IMG/VR virus record: IMGVR_UViG_3300031525_000009
Span: 533 to 64,532 of that record
Length of the DNA stretch: 64,000 bases
From: a virus
Lineage: Duplodnaviria > Caudoviricetes
Direction: 5' to 3' (one strand)
Shown piece by piece: positions 19,004 through 29,958 of the stretch. Below the pieces are notes generated by a model. It ran no database searches. It was not told the origin of the DNA and worked only from the letters and a program-made list of their open reading frames with translations. The translations under genes were made by a program, and so were the position numbers. Each line of letters begins with the position of its first letter. The first letter of the stretch is position 1.

Positions 19004-20188
19004 TCAGGTGAGCGCGGCCGGGCGCGCCGTGTTGGTTAAGGGGTTGGCTTTCAGGAATGGCGCCAGCTTACTCGCAAAGTCATACGCGCCACCGGAGAGG
19101 ATAACCCAAAAAGCGAGCTGACAGCCCAGTGCATTGATCGCATTGAGGGAGGTTTGCGGAGTCGAGAAGCTTGCGTATTTCGCAATCGTCTCCTGCTGCA
19201 CTGAGCCGATCGAAACGTATTGGCCGCGTAGATCCTTGCCGCCCGCGACCCACTGGTTGAGCGTGCCGGACCACTGTAGTCCAGTGAACTCTGCCATGAA
19301 CCAGTCAGTGTGCGGCGACAAGTTGTTATTGCTGGAGTAATAACAATCCGGCCCGCAGCGCGCAGCTCCGGCTGCCAGAACGTCAGTCAACAGCGAGGCG
19401 ACATTCGCCTGCTTGTTCAAGTAATTCAACATGGGCGCAGGGATAGCGGTCGGAAAGCTTTCCGCAACCGTGCTGGTCCACGCCTCAATCGCCGCGATCA
19501 AACCTACATCGTTATAGTCGCTGCCTGAAGCCAAAGAGAGCGAGGATTCTCCGGAAAACGGACACTGGAACAGCGGACACGTGCCGAAGGTTTCCCCGGT
19601 AAGTGCGCCGGGTCGATTGGTAGGTTGTGCCGCCAGTGCCTGCCATAACGCGTTGTAACGATCTGAAACCGCACTGCGCCACAACGCCGCGGTACCGCCG
19701 CACAACGTCGGTGGGTTGTACGAGAAGGGCCAGGAACCGTAATTAACCGCCCCCACATACCCCGCACCGTACATCCCCGTGTTGAGAATATAGTCTGGCG
19801 TACCGCGCTGCTGCGGTGTCGTGCCGCTGAAGCTACATCCCCAAATCATGATGGAGACCGGCAGCGTCGGACACTTCGCCCAAAACGCGTTGCAATCGGC
19901 GACTACGGTATTGAGGAAGTTATACCCGTTATCAGTCGGCTCCAGATTGCGCCACGTGTAAATGAACGCGTGTCCTGCGATCGGACAGCCTGCGGCGATC
20001 GCCTGTGCGATGAGCGCGATCTCCGCATTGTTGAGCGCCCCCGTGCCGTCCACTTGATTCGACTGCGTGTGGTGCCCGGAGAAATAGACGTGTTTGAATA
20101 CGGGTGGCGGCGGTGGCGGTGGCTGCAGCACCGGAACCAGTTGGTAAGTGCCTGCGGGCAAATCCGAATCAGTAACGATAATAGTCAT
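19004..20188 (-). CDS. Putative glycoside hydrolase (clan GH-A-like TIM barrel)
   Basis: 'YTWRNLEPTDNGYNF', 'TPDYI', 'LWRSAVSDRYNALWQALA', 'GESS', 'GPD'; N-terminal poly-Pro linker. Confidence 0.6.
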   Translation of the reverse strand: MTIIVTDSDLPAGTYQLVPVLQPPPPPPPVFKHVYFSGHHTQSNQVDGTGALNNAEIALIAQAIAAGCPIAGHAFIYTWRNLEPTDNGYNFLNTVVADCNAFWAKCPTLPVSIMIWGCSFSGTTPQQRGTPDYILNTGMYGAGYVGAVNYGSWPFSYNPPTLCGGTAALWRSAVSDRYNALWQALAAQPTNRPGALTGETFGTCPLFQCPFSGESSLSLASGSDYNDVGLIAAIEAWTSTVAESFPTAIPAPMLNYLNKQANVASLLTDVLAAGAARCGPDCYYSSNNNLSPHTDWFMAEFTGLQWSGTLNQWVAGGKDLRGQYVSIGSVQQETIAKYASFSTPQTSLNAINALGCQLAFWVILSGGAYDFASKLAPFLKANPLTNTARPAALT

Positions 20189-20586
20189 TGCCCATACACT
20201 CCGAGTTTCTTATTCCAAGGTTTGAATGCGCGCAAGTCCGCAAGCAACGGCCATTGCCCTGTGAATGTGATGGCTCGGTCATCTATCGTCACCAGTGCCG
20301 AAGGCTTCCAGCGGGTAAAGCGCACCTCGGATATCGCTACCCCCATCGTGTCCCAACTATTGCCCGCGTGGTGCCGTAACCAACTACGCATTGCCGTAAT
20401 CCCACCGAAGTAGCGTGCACGCGAGCTGTGAATCACGACGTCCCAACCGGCCAACAATGCATCCTCCAGAAAGGTCATCGCACCCGCCACTGGCGGATCA
20501 GGGATGTTTCTCGCGCCTTTCCAACCGCTCGTATAGCTGTGCAGAACGCCGTCGAAGTCGAGACATAGAATAGGTTTCTTTTTCAT
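20185..20586 (-). CDS. HAD-superfamily phosphatase-like protein
   Basis: Motif I 'CLDFDGVL', motif II 'IHSSR', 'KP..IDDRA'. Confidence 0.8.
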   Translation of the reverse strand: MKKKPILCLDFDGVLHSYTSGWKGARNIPDPPVAGAMTFLEDALLAGWDVVIHSSRARYFGGITAMRSWLRHHAGNSWDTMGVAISEVRFTRWKPSALVTIDDRAITFTGQWPLLADLRAFKPWNKKLGVYGQ

Positions 20587-20795
20587 TCCAACTGCCGCGG
20601 CTGCTCGCCGTCCAAATCGCTAATCACATGAATGTTGGAATGCGCACAGTTCGCATTAGCACAACCATGCCATGCGCGCACCCCATCCTGCATGGAGTAC
20701 TCCGCATTGCACGTATTGCAGCGGTACCAGCGCAAGGTGGGAATACCTGCAAGCTTGCGCCGCTGCTCCTCCTGCTCGTACCCGGAACTGACCAT
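20583..20795 (-). CDS. Small zinc-ribbon protein
   Basis: CNTC..CANANC. Confidence 0.5.
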   Translation of the reverse strand: MVSSGYEQEEQRRKLAGIPTLRWYRCNTCNAEYSMQDGVRAWHGCANANCAHSNIHVISDLDGEQPRQLE

Positions 20796-21541
20796 CAGCG
20801 GATAATCCCCAAGCCGCCGATCGTGGGAGTTGACGCAGCAGGGGCATCCGGAGTTGCCGGTTTGCTGGGGAACTGCTCACAGCCTGAAGCCACGTGCGCG
20901 TTACCCACCGGAGGCGCTTTCGCAGCCGCGGCAAGTTTGCTGAAGTCTTTGATCGCGAAGTACACGGCCATGCACGCTTTCACGTCCACCATAGCGTTGT
21001 GCGCGCCTTCCAAATGTTGGCCGGTGAAGTGTTCGTACGCCTCTGCCAGATTCGGGCTCTTGTAGTGATACCTCCCCGCGCTGCGCATCCGCTCGCTGGG
21101 GGGTAGCTTCAAGATCGGAGTTGCCAGACGTTGCGTGCACTCCGCAGGAGCGGCTTTCCACACATCCGGGTCCAAGATGCCCGCGTAACGCTTGAGCGCA
21201 ATGCGAATGATGCGCGCATCGAACGGCTCGTTATGCGCGATGCGCTGAGTGAGATTAGGTGCGGCAGTGTACAAGTCAATAAACGCGGCCAACACGTGAG
21301 CCTCAGGCACGCCTACCCACTGCGCATCCTCGGTCGTAATCCCGTGAATCGCGGCAACGTCATCGGGAATGTCCCACCCGTCCGGACGCACAATAAAATC
21401 GAGACTCGCCAGGATCTCGCGCGTGTCCAAATCCACCTGGAGCGCGGCCAACTGCACAAGGTGCGGCTGGCGCGGGTCTTCGGATGGCTCATGAAACAGC
21501 GGCAGTCCCGTCGTTTCCGTGTCGTAGAAAATGCCGATCAT
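20795..21541 (-). CDS. DEDDh 3'-5' exonuclease (DnaQ/epsilon-like)
   Basis: 'FYDTETTGL', 'AHNEPFD', 'AHNAMVDV'. Confidence 0.9.
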   Translation of the reverse strand: MIGIFYDTETTGLPLFHEPSEDPRQPHLVQLAALQVDLDTREILASLDFIVRPDGWDIPDDVAAIHGITTEDAQWVGVPEAHVLAAFIDLYTAAPNLTQRIAHNEPFDARIIRIALKRYAGILDPDVWKAAPAECTQRLATPILKLPPSERMRSAGRYHYKSPNLAEAYEHFTGQHLEGAHNAMVDVKACMAVYFAIKDFSKLAAAAKAPPVGNAHVASGCEQFPSKPATPDAPAASTPTIGGLGIIR

Positions 21542-21864
21542 TAAAAATCCCCTAAGATAAGGTTACCCAACTGCGGGTTTTGTACAGAGTTCTGTGCTTG
21601 TCGAATAGCCAGTCGATGCTCGTGCGCCAACACTGGGTGCATGATGAGGGTATCGCCGTTCAGTATGTACGCTGCGGGTACTGCGTGCGCGCCATAGCGC
21701 TTAGCGTACTTCTTGTCCATGCGCGCCCAATGCCGCGGTGACTTCGCGCGACGTTTCGCATACCTGCGGTTGCGCTCATAAGTGCACGCAGCCGTACTCT
21801 CTATGATCCGGTAGCCGGCGCCGATCATTGTAGCTCCCAACCAATATGCAAACGGTAAACCCAC
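21541..21864 (-). CDS. Basic hypothetical protein
   Basis: Arg/Lys-rich central segment. Confidence 0.5.
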   Translation of the reverse strand: MGLPFAYWLGATMIGAGYRIIESTAACTYERNRRYAKRRAKSPRHWARMDKKYAKRYGAHAVPAAYILNGDTLIMHPVLAHEHRLAIRQAQNSVQNPQLGNLILGDF

Positions 21865-21973
21865 ACTAGCGCATTGCGCCAGCCGTACTTAGAGACCATG
21901 CACCCCACCCACGGGCGAAACCAACCGCTGTCCCAGTAAATAGTGACTTTACCGACGCACAAGCGCCACGCGA

Positions 21974-22639
21974 TCATAAACGTGTTGGCTCCTCACCCGT
22001 TTCGACCCAGTGACGATGTTGCTCAGGCGTCCAGCCATCGACTATGTGCGTTTCCAATGCTTCCAGCGTATTGCGGCGACTGCGCTCCAACGCTTTCGAG
22101 TACACCGCGCCAACTGTCGCATACGGATCGTCGGGTACGTGAGTAGTGTCAAACGGGTTCATACGTACAGATGCTCCCAAACCGCTTTCCACCGTTTGCG
22201 CAACCGCGCAGGCATTTTGTAGATGCACCCACGGACGTGTTCTACGCACTCCTCCTGTGAGCGAAGTACCGGAGTCATTTGCGGTTCTTCCTGCGTTGGA
22301 CTTTCGCCAGCTTCTTGCGGGCACGCGCAGCGCGGAAGCGTTTATCGAACTCCTTAGTGTTGCCTGTGCGGTGACTCACTTCTTCGGCGCCTCGTGCTCA
22401 GAGTTATCATGCCAACTGCGTGACAGTGGATTCCCTGGGGCGGGCACGGGCTCATCGAGCTTGTTGCATTGACAGGTCGCACAGTGCAACGGCTTGGCGA
22501 GCGCGGCATCGATCCGAGCGCGCAATGCGGTGAATTCCACCCCGCCGATGTACTCGCCGCCGTGCTGATCGCGATAGAGCTGCAGCTTCTGGCGGCAGTC
22601 ACTGAGCAACTGGTGTAGCTCATTCATGCTGTGGACCAC
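21974..22639 (-). other. Chain of short coupled ORFs (22376-22639, 22275-22379, 22159-22278, 21974-22162)
   Basis: Consecutive GTGA/ATGA overlaps read directly from the sequence. Confidence 0.5.
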
Positions 22640-22949
22640 TCAAACATGACGTAGACGTAGGCCACGAACAGGATTCCCGCGGTAATGCGCAACGTGATTT
22701 TACACGGGGCTCTCATCGCCCGCCCTCGCCTTCCCACGTATCCATATCAACCGCTCATGCGGCTCCAGAATATCGTTAGCGTTCACGGTTCACGCTCCAA
22801 CATGGGTCCAGCCTTTAATACATGCATAGCTAATAGCGGACTGAGTTACCCCGTAAACCCTGGCTAAATCAAGCTGCGCACTTTACCGCACGAAGATACT
22901 TGGTAGATTCCTTCCCAACCAACAATAGCGCGCCAATGCATTATTTTTC

Positions 22950-23594
22950 TCATCGCGATCTCGGTTCGTCCTCGTGTGAATGCGGGTCACTCTGCGGGTC
23001 GGCCTTCGGCTGTACCAACTTTACGATTGAATCGATCAGCGCGTTGCGGGTCGTCACATCGATACTCACCCCATCGGGCGTGCGCAAATCCACTTCCGAC
23101 TTCTCACCATACACGTGCCGGAGCACTTTGCTCGCGGTCCACTTGCGCGAGTCTACCCGCAAGCGGCTGCGCTCGAAGTTCTCGCGGGACCAGACCTTCT
23201 GCGTGCCGCCGTTCTTCAACACGCGCTCGACGTAATCGTTGCTCGAATCGTCCGCAATCTCGATGATCTCATCCGCCCACTTCTCGCAGCAGCTCTGGCG
23301 CGCGATGGTGTAGGCCCGGTTGAAGTCCTCGTCCTGCTCACGCCATTTGTACAGCGTGTTCCAGGTCGGCATGGTCTCATCACGGACGACTTCGGAAGTG
23401 GTCTGCCCATTAGCGATGCGCTCACAGATCGCCTCCAGGAGCGCCGCAGAAGGCACGGTGGGGCGGAATCGAGGCGCATCAGTGTCAGGGTAGGGGTCCG
23501 GGGTCGATCGCGGCTCTGAGGCCTTCGTAGACGATTTGGTGAGCTTTACACGGCGGGCACCTCGCTTGAGCTTCTTGATTTTGCGTGCTGGCAT
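22950..23594 (-). CDS. terS: Terminase small subunit (Sf6 gp1-like)
   Basis: 'ICERIANGQT..MPTWNTLYKW..FNRAYTIAR..ADEIIEIADD..RSRLRVDSRKWTASK..YGEK'. Confidence 0.88.
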   Translation of the reverse strand: MPARKIKKLKRGARRVKLTKSSTKASEPRSTPDPYPDTDAPRFRPTVPSAALLEAICERIANGQTTSEVVRDETMPTWNTLYKWREQDEDFNRAYTIARQSCCEKWADEIIEIADDSSNDYVERVLKNGGTQKVWSRENFERSRLRVDSRKWTASKVLRHVYGEKSEVDLRTPDGVSIDVTTRNALIDSIVKLVQPKADPQSDPHSHEDEPRSR

Positions 23595-23681
23595 AGGCTA
23601 AGCCTACCCGAAAACCGCCCGAGGGTACCACTGTACGATTGAGGATTCAAGCCGCGTTGCGCAACGCCCGGTTATGACCGC

Positions 23682-25062
23682 TTACGACCGCAAGCGCAGT
23701 TCCGCCACGCTCACGCCATAGTGGCTGACGATCGTCGTCCAGGCAATCCCACTCTCGCGGCTCCACGCCTGAGCCATAGCCAACAGCGCTCCTCGGAGTT
23801 TCTCGAGCTCATCCGCTGCCGCATTCAACGCATCTGCTGCGAACTGATCGCCAAAGCGGTCTTGGCGAATCCGCATTGCGCGTTGTCGTAGGTCCTCCAG
23901 CATGTTGGTATCCATCATTTGCGCAGCGCCTCAGCCGCCGCATTCGCCTGTGCGATCGACTCGGCAGACACTTCGAACAAGTCTCCATAGCCACTCACCG
24001 AGTAACCGATGAGTTGATAAAACTGCTGCCAGTCTTCCTGAGTGAACTGCATGCCGATCGCGGCTAACCAATTCAGATCAACCGGCCCTGAATCCAACAA
24101 AAACCGCACGATGGAATTTTCTTTGAAACGCACTACACCGTGCGCATCCCGCACGACAGGTTGCATCGGGTTTTTAGTACTGCTCATTTGCGCTCCATCG
24201 CTAGCGCAATGCTGCGCAGCATCCCCACAATCGAGACCAGCACAATCGCGAACATCGTCACGCTGCCGATTACTCCCCAAGCGGGTGCGGGGATGTGCAG
24301 CAGTCCCCACACGATAGCACCGACGATTACGAGTCCCGCCACAAGTCCGGCCAGATAAGCCAGCGCGGTGCGCACGGCTGCTGCACCAAACAGCAGGGTG
24401 CAGACAATCACCATCAGCAGTATGTCAGTCATGTTGATTGCTCCTGCGGCCACTGCATGATGCGGAGCTTGATGAAATTGCCGCAATCAGCCGCGACCTT
24501 GCAATGAGCCGCATCTATTCCGTACGTCGTCACGTGCTCGCCATGCGGCTCGGGCGCTTCCCCTACCCGACGCGCAATCACGATGACCTGATCGTAACCG
24601 TACTTGTCCGCGATCTCCCGTGCCGCGCTGATCGGTATCGGGCGCATTTGTCTTGGCAACGGCTTAGGGGTCTTCTTCATGTTGGTTTCGTCCTATTTGT
24701 GTTAGTTAAATTACCAGCTAGCCTTCTAACTCAAGTCTATCCGGTTTGAAATATTCCCACTCTCCAGCGACGATTTTATAAACGCCTTCGGGAAGTGTGC
24801 CGGAGAATACTTCGACGCGTTTTACCTCCGGGTCTATGTCGGTGAATAACCGGATAGCGCCACTCATGTTGACGCTGTAGCCGTCCGGTAAGTACAAGCG
24901 ACCCATCCGTTGCTCAACTAAGTACTCAATACGGGCTACCCCGGTAACTAAATCGTCTCTCTGTCGAATGCGCAGTGGTTCGCCTTCCAGAATCTGCGCC
25001 AACATTCTCTGTACTTCGCGCATTGCACCGGCTATTCCGAGGGGTCTCTTTTTCACAGTCAT
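23682..25062 (-). other. Five short hypothetical genes (23682-23918, 23915-24187, 24184-24432 membrane, 24429-24680, 24718-25062)
   Basis: Coupled ORFs; 24184-24432 is hydrophobic with 2-3 TM segments. Confidence 0.55.
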
Positions 25063-25089
25063 GGGGCTGGCCTCGCGTATACTCTCTGA

Positions 25090-25270
25090 AAATGATCCTT
25101 TGAACACTTATACTCTATATATTAAGTAGTTTAAAGAAGATCATCATATGATCCTTTGATGATCCTCTGTATATCGTTAATAGTCTTCAAAGGATCATCA
25201 AGAGATCATCCTATGATCCACTCTCAAATATCGGTAAAACAAGCATAAAACCCTTCAAAGGATCATATCT
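25090..25270. repeat. Probable replication origin: AT-rich with iterons
   Basis: TGATCCTTTGA at 25093 and 25149, its reverse complement at 25187 and 25255; 8 GATC sites; directly downstream of primase-helicase. Confidence 0.65.
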
Positions 25271-25304
25271 GAGTGTATATAGAGAAACCTTGATTTTTCG
25301 TACT

Positions 25305-27146
25305 TTAGTCACCCTTTTCAGGCAGCCGCCAACGAAAAGCATTTTTCCCGACACGCATGGATTCTATTTTCAATTCTTCCTTTGCCCGCTTTAGCGTTAT
25401 TCCGGCAACCTGCGCTTCCTCCGCCTGCTTGCGAACTTCCCACACGTTCACCGAGCCCTTCTCCAACAACCTGCGCAGGAACTGTTTGGCAATCCCCAGC
25501 TTTGACTCCCCATCCCCGTTGCCTTCCGCTTCCGAAATGATGTGCAACCCCGTGCCGTCCAGGTATCTCCCCCATGCGGTCCGTGCAATCTCCGTGTTGG
25601 GTTCCTCCTCAAACCCGTATTCGTACCCGCCTTTCTGCTTCTTCGCGAATGTCTTGATGCAAGTAAATACGTACTTGGTCGGATCGCGCCCTTCACCATC
25701 CACAATCGGGGCAGTCGCCAGCACGATGCGCGGCGCTTGAGACCAGCCACCACTACCCGTGATGCGCTCCACCGGGTCCTTGCCTTTGCTGCCTTTGTTA
25801 AAATGCTGGATGCCCAACACAACACAGTGGTACTTCTTGGCTAACCGTTGTAAGGGCAACAATGCGCGCCTGACGTCATTCACGTGGTTGTTATCTTTCT
25901 CGACGATGACGACAATTGGGTCAACGATAATGAGGGATACTTCTCCTAACTCTTCGCATACCCGCTCCAGCAACCCCATATCCTGCGCCGGATCAAATGC
26001 GCGCTCGGTTTCATCTTCCTTCACCCCCACCAACACCGTACAGCGCTCCTGATCTCCGCCTGACCAGCGAAAGCGTGGTTTGACCGTATCGCCCAGATCA
26101 TCCTCACCCGTCCACAGAATCACATTGCCCCGCGGACATTTCGTGCCGTCCGGCCATTTGCCGCCACGAGTTATAGTTGCAGCCATTGAAAGCGTCAGCG
26201 TTGATTTCATCGTAGCTCCCGCGCCCGCAATGATGTGCACCTTGTTGCGCGCCAGGAAGCCTTTCCATAACCAGTCAACTGCCTCCTCCTCAATCTCAGA
26301 CATCTTCATGACAACTGCGGATAACTCTCCTGCAATAAACTTGCGTTTACCGCGGACGATACGCAGCAGCTCTTTTTCAGTCTTGGGGGGTTTGCAATGT
26401 TGTTGCGAAAGCGCATGCAACATCTGCAGAATCTTTGCCTCGCTCCAGCCACTCTTCGCCAGCGAGTAGGCCCGTGCTGAGAGCCAATCACCCCGTTGAC
26501 CGTCAGGCACATCCTCGAACACCCCTGAAGTGTCGTGTCCATTGGCGCCGTTCGATTTTCGAGCGCTGCTTGACTTAACCCGTTTAAGCAGCCACTCCGG
26601 GGCATTGCCAGGAGTTCCGAACGCCTCACCCCCGTGTGCGGCCCACCAGATGACATAGCCGCCCTCACCTCGCACATCGACCCCCTCGGACACCCGGGAA
26701 GTGCTGTTACCGACCCCCTCCACATGCTGGTACAGCAAGTGCTTGCCGCGACGCGTCTGGTGCAGCCGGTACTCCCCCAGACGATCCTTGTGCCGCGCGT
26801 ACCAGTCGCCACTCTTGGGGTCGCAGTCAATCGCCAATAGGCCCGACGCAGGACCCGTAGGAACCCCGATCAGCGCTTGGGGGTAGCTCTGCCACCACTT
26901 GGCGATCTGCGCCGCGTCCTGGGTCGCAGCATAGAACCCCCGCTTGACCAGGGGTTCCTTGGTCACCCCGTCACACGGAAACACCGGATACTGCAAGGCG
27001 ACACGCAGCGCGGCACGAACCGCAGGGCTGCTTAAGATCGGTCCTGCGGACCCGTTCCCGTTGACTTTATGAATTTTGCGTGTCGGGTCGCTGCTCTCAT
27101 CTGGAGGTGCTTGACGGTGGAGGCGTTCGTCCGTTATTTTCTTCAA
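25305..27146 (-). CDS. Bifunctional primase-polymerase (Prim-Pol) fused to an AAA_25/RepA-like helicase
   Basis: 'YPVFPC..K.P..GFYAAT.D', 'LLAIDCD', 'T.RGKHL', 'VDVRGEGGYV'; PriCT-like region; Walker A 'GAGATMKS', Walker B 'LIIVDP', 'HFNK'. Confidence 0.9.
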   Translation of the reverse strand: MKKITDERLHRQAPPDESSDPTRKIHKVNGNGSAGPILSSPAVRAALRVALQYPVFPCDGVTKEPLVKRGFYAATQDAAQIAKWWQSYPQALIGVPTGPASGLLAIDCDPKSGDWYARHKDRLGEYRLHQTRRGKHLLYQHVEGVGNSTSRVSEGVDVRGEGGYVIWWAAHGGEAFGTPGNAPEWLLKRVKSSSARKSNGANGHDTSGVFEDVPDGQRGDWLSARAYSLAKSGWSEAKILQMLHALSQQHCKPPKTEKELLRIVRGKRKFIAGELSAVVMKMSEIEEEAVDWLWKGFLARNKVHIIAGAGATMKSTLTLSMAATITRGGKWPDGTKCPRGNVILWTGEDDLGDTVKPRFRWSGGDQERCTVLVGVKEDETERAFDPAQDMGLLERVCEELGEVSLIIVDPIVVIVEKDNNHVNDVRRALLPLQRLAKKYHCVVLGIQHFNKGSKGKDPVERITGSGGWSQAPRIVLATAPIVDGEGRDPTKYVFTCIKTFAKKQKGGYEYGFEEEPNTEIARTAWGRYLDGTGLHIISEAEGNGDGESKLGIAKQFLRRLLEKGSVNVWEVRKQAEEAQVAGITLKRAKEELKIESMRVGKNAFRWRLPEKGD

Positions 27147-27250
27147 TGCGGTCGTCCTGTGTATTGGGAGAGACCGGTTCCGTCTCGCAAGGTGGTCCGG
27201 TCTACTTCCAAGTCAGATCAAAGGGGAGCTGACGCTACGCGCGCTCAGGC

Positions 27251-27815
27251 TCAAGCGTCAAGACGGGGTAGTCGCCGAATTTTGGGCCGGTAGGGTGAAT
27301 TGCGAGCATAGGCATTCATGGCAGCATGCGTAATGCGGTCGGTCGCAAAGCCTCGAAAGCCTCCCGGCTCGCGCCAAGTGCAAATGACTCCCCCTCCCCA
27401 AACATCACTCAAACTCTCGCGGTCAACCCGTTCCAACAAACCACGACCCGCGACTAAATGTATGCAGCCGTCGTCGAATGCGCTCCAATCACCGAATGCC
27501 GGGTTGCGTGTATTCATAGCGTCAAGACGATTACTTCAAGCGGATCAAATTCGGAAGCCGGCTCAAATTGTGCTCCCGCGCTTCCTTGCACGCATCCTCC
27601 AGGTGCGTCACCAACACTTCAAACTCCTCCTGACTACGTGCGAAAGCGTCAATCGACTTCACCGCGTTCGAATAGCGGGGGCGCATTGGATCCAACCGTT
27701 TCGTGACATACGGCGGATAGGCGCTTTTCTTGATGAGCTTCACTGCCATAGATAAACCCATTCCAGATCCAGAAAGCCGACGAACAGCACCAGGGTAACC
27801 GTTACGAGCAGCCAA
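27251..27815 (-). other. Two short hypothetical genes (27251-27517, 27531-ca.27750)
   Basis: ORFs in the leftward operon upstream of the primase. Confidence 0.45.
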
Positions 27816-27846
27816 AAAAGCAGCTCGCGCCAGAAGTTACCCACAA

Positions 27847-28050
27847 CTAATCCACAACCCGGAATACCGGGTGCTTTTCACGCTGTAAACCCAGTTTCCT
27901 CAGGGTCTTGGCGGAAGCGCCGGAACGCCGCCCGGTGTGCAATCTCCACAGGATCGACCAGTGCACCTCCAGTGCGTCGGCGGCTTGCCGGTAGGTGCGC
28001 CCCCCGATCAGGGTATCCAGGTGCTTTTGCAGTTGCGTTTTGGGTGCCAT
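27847..28050 (-). CDS. Cro/XRE-like HTH regulator
   Basis: ATG 28050; 'TYRQAADALEVHWSILWRLHTGRR..KTLRKLG'; first gene of the divergent operon. Confidence 0.65.
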   Translation of the reverse strand: MAPKTQLQKHLDTLIGGRTYRQAADALEVHWSILWRLHTGRRSGASAKTLRKLGLQREKHPVFRVVD

Positions 28051-28093
28051 AGTAGCCAAATCCTGCCACAACCGGGTGTGTGACGCAATACCG

Positions 28094-28122
28094 TTGACAA
28101 ATATGGCTACAACCTTTAAAGT
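28094..28122 (+). promoter_or_regulatory. Early sigma70-like promoter P1
   Basis: TTGACA-17 bp-TAAAGT; GGCTACA in the spacer; GGCTAC..GTAGCC palindrome overlaps the -10. Confidence 0.75.
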
Positions 28123-29006
28123 AGCCTCACCAGTTAAGGAGAACATAGATGGCCGCAACTCTTCCTGACCGCAAAATAAACGCCGCCAAGCGACTCGACA
28201 AGGCTGCTGAGGGGATACACGTATGAAACGGCATTACGATCGCGCGCACCCCGGTACAGTCACGGGCGCACCGAAGCAGAACCCGGAAGCCTACCGGGGT
28301 TATACCATCCATTTTTCCGCGCTCAGCAATCACATGTGGATCGAGAAAGGCATGGCGCACATTGCCAGCGTGCCAGACACACAGAGCTGGGCGCACGCTC
28401 GCAGCATGATTGACCAACTTGTGGAGTGTGCATCATGAGAACACGGAACAACAAAACGCCATTCAAACCGCTGTGGGTTATGGCGCTGTCATCCGGCGAT
28501 CTGGTGCGCCGTTTCGGCAGTCCGTGCGTCACAGTTCGGGAAAACTACCGCAAGCACCATGCGGCCATCAAGACCACACACGACTTGCGCGCCACGCTGC
28601 GCGCGGGGCGCTACACCAGCTTGGGAGGGTATCCGCTCTTTTTCTACACCAGTGACGGAGCCGCGCTGTGCTTCGCATGCTGCGCCAAAGAGTACCGCCA
28701 AGTCAGCACAGAGATACGGGAGCGCTCCAACTGTGGCTTTCGCGTGGTTGGTGCGGAAATCAACTACGAAGATAAAGAGCTGACGTGTGACCACTGCAGC
28801 AAGGCGATAGAATCCGCCTACGAACAGGACGAATAACCATGCCAAAGCTAACAGTCAGACCGGGCGAAACCCTCAATACGCGATTCTGCCGCATTCTGTT
28901 GCAGCAAACGTTGCTGGACCTTACCGGGCGCGAGCTGGCGCACTACCGCCGCGTCAAGGAAACCCCCGGAGCCGTGACGTGGCTCCCAATTCGGTACTTT
29001 GCCCAG

Positions 29007-29035
29007 TAGACAACCTTGGCTACAACCGGTAAGCT
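29007..29035 (+). promoter_or_regulatory. Early promoter P2
   Basis: TAGACA-acctt-GGCTACA-accgg-TAAGCT. Confidence 0.65.
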
Positions 29036-29958
29036 TGGCTCTCACTAAATCACGGAGCGAAACGAGATGGGCCGCAAAGTGGATTACTCGAAATTTGAAA
29101 CCCGGACTGTCGTGCACGAGGGGACCCAAGTGGGGCAAATCGTAGTCGCCTATGAGCGTAAGCCCGGCGATCCACACGGGCCAAAGACACTGGTGCGGTA
29201 CATACGCATCCAACACGTATCCCGGTTGACCGACCGCAACACGGGTTCGGTTGATTATATGGGATTCGGGAAGTATGTCACGGAACAGGTGTTTCGCAAT
29301 TCGTTGTCCCCCGCAATCGCGCTCACCGAAGACCAAGTGCATTCCTGAATCACGGATGGAGCAACGATCATGAACGTCTCTCTCAAAACCTACGAGCAAC
29401 TCATTGCGCTCCTGCGCAATCCGCACATCTCATCGACCGCGGCTGAGTACGTGCGCGCCGAGCTGCGCTCCCGCGACCGCGCACTGCGCAACCAGGAAGC
29501 CGCAGTGTTCGCGGTAGGTGCGTTATGAATAACTTTTTCTTCACTGACTATCGCGTTGCGCTCAATTACGCAATTATGGAAGCCCGCAAAGGTAATCGCA
29601 TCATGCGCTTAAGCAAGGGGCAGGAATACACCAAAAAGGGGTTCTACGTGAACCTTGCGATTCAAGACCCCGCTAAGCGTTTTGGGCGCGATTTGGAAGG
29701 AGAATTCATCAAGCCAACTGATCCATTAAGTGCCCTGTGACGCGCCGCAAACACGAAAATCTGGCAGAAGCCGTGCCGACGTTCGTCAAGACGGAAGGCG
29801 GCATGACGTATTTCAAGTTCTTGGGGTTCTCCTACCGCACCGATTCAGTGCGCTATTTGATTCAGGCAAAAGACGGTCAAGCGTGGAACCGCACACACTC
29901 CGCGCGAGTCTCCGCCGCGGCCAAACAGATCCTGGAACAAATTAGCGTTAATTTGTTG

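Noticed and set aside
25090-25270. CRISPR array
   Set aside because: Repeats are 11 bp, in both orientations and irregularly spaced; no cas operon
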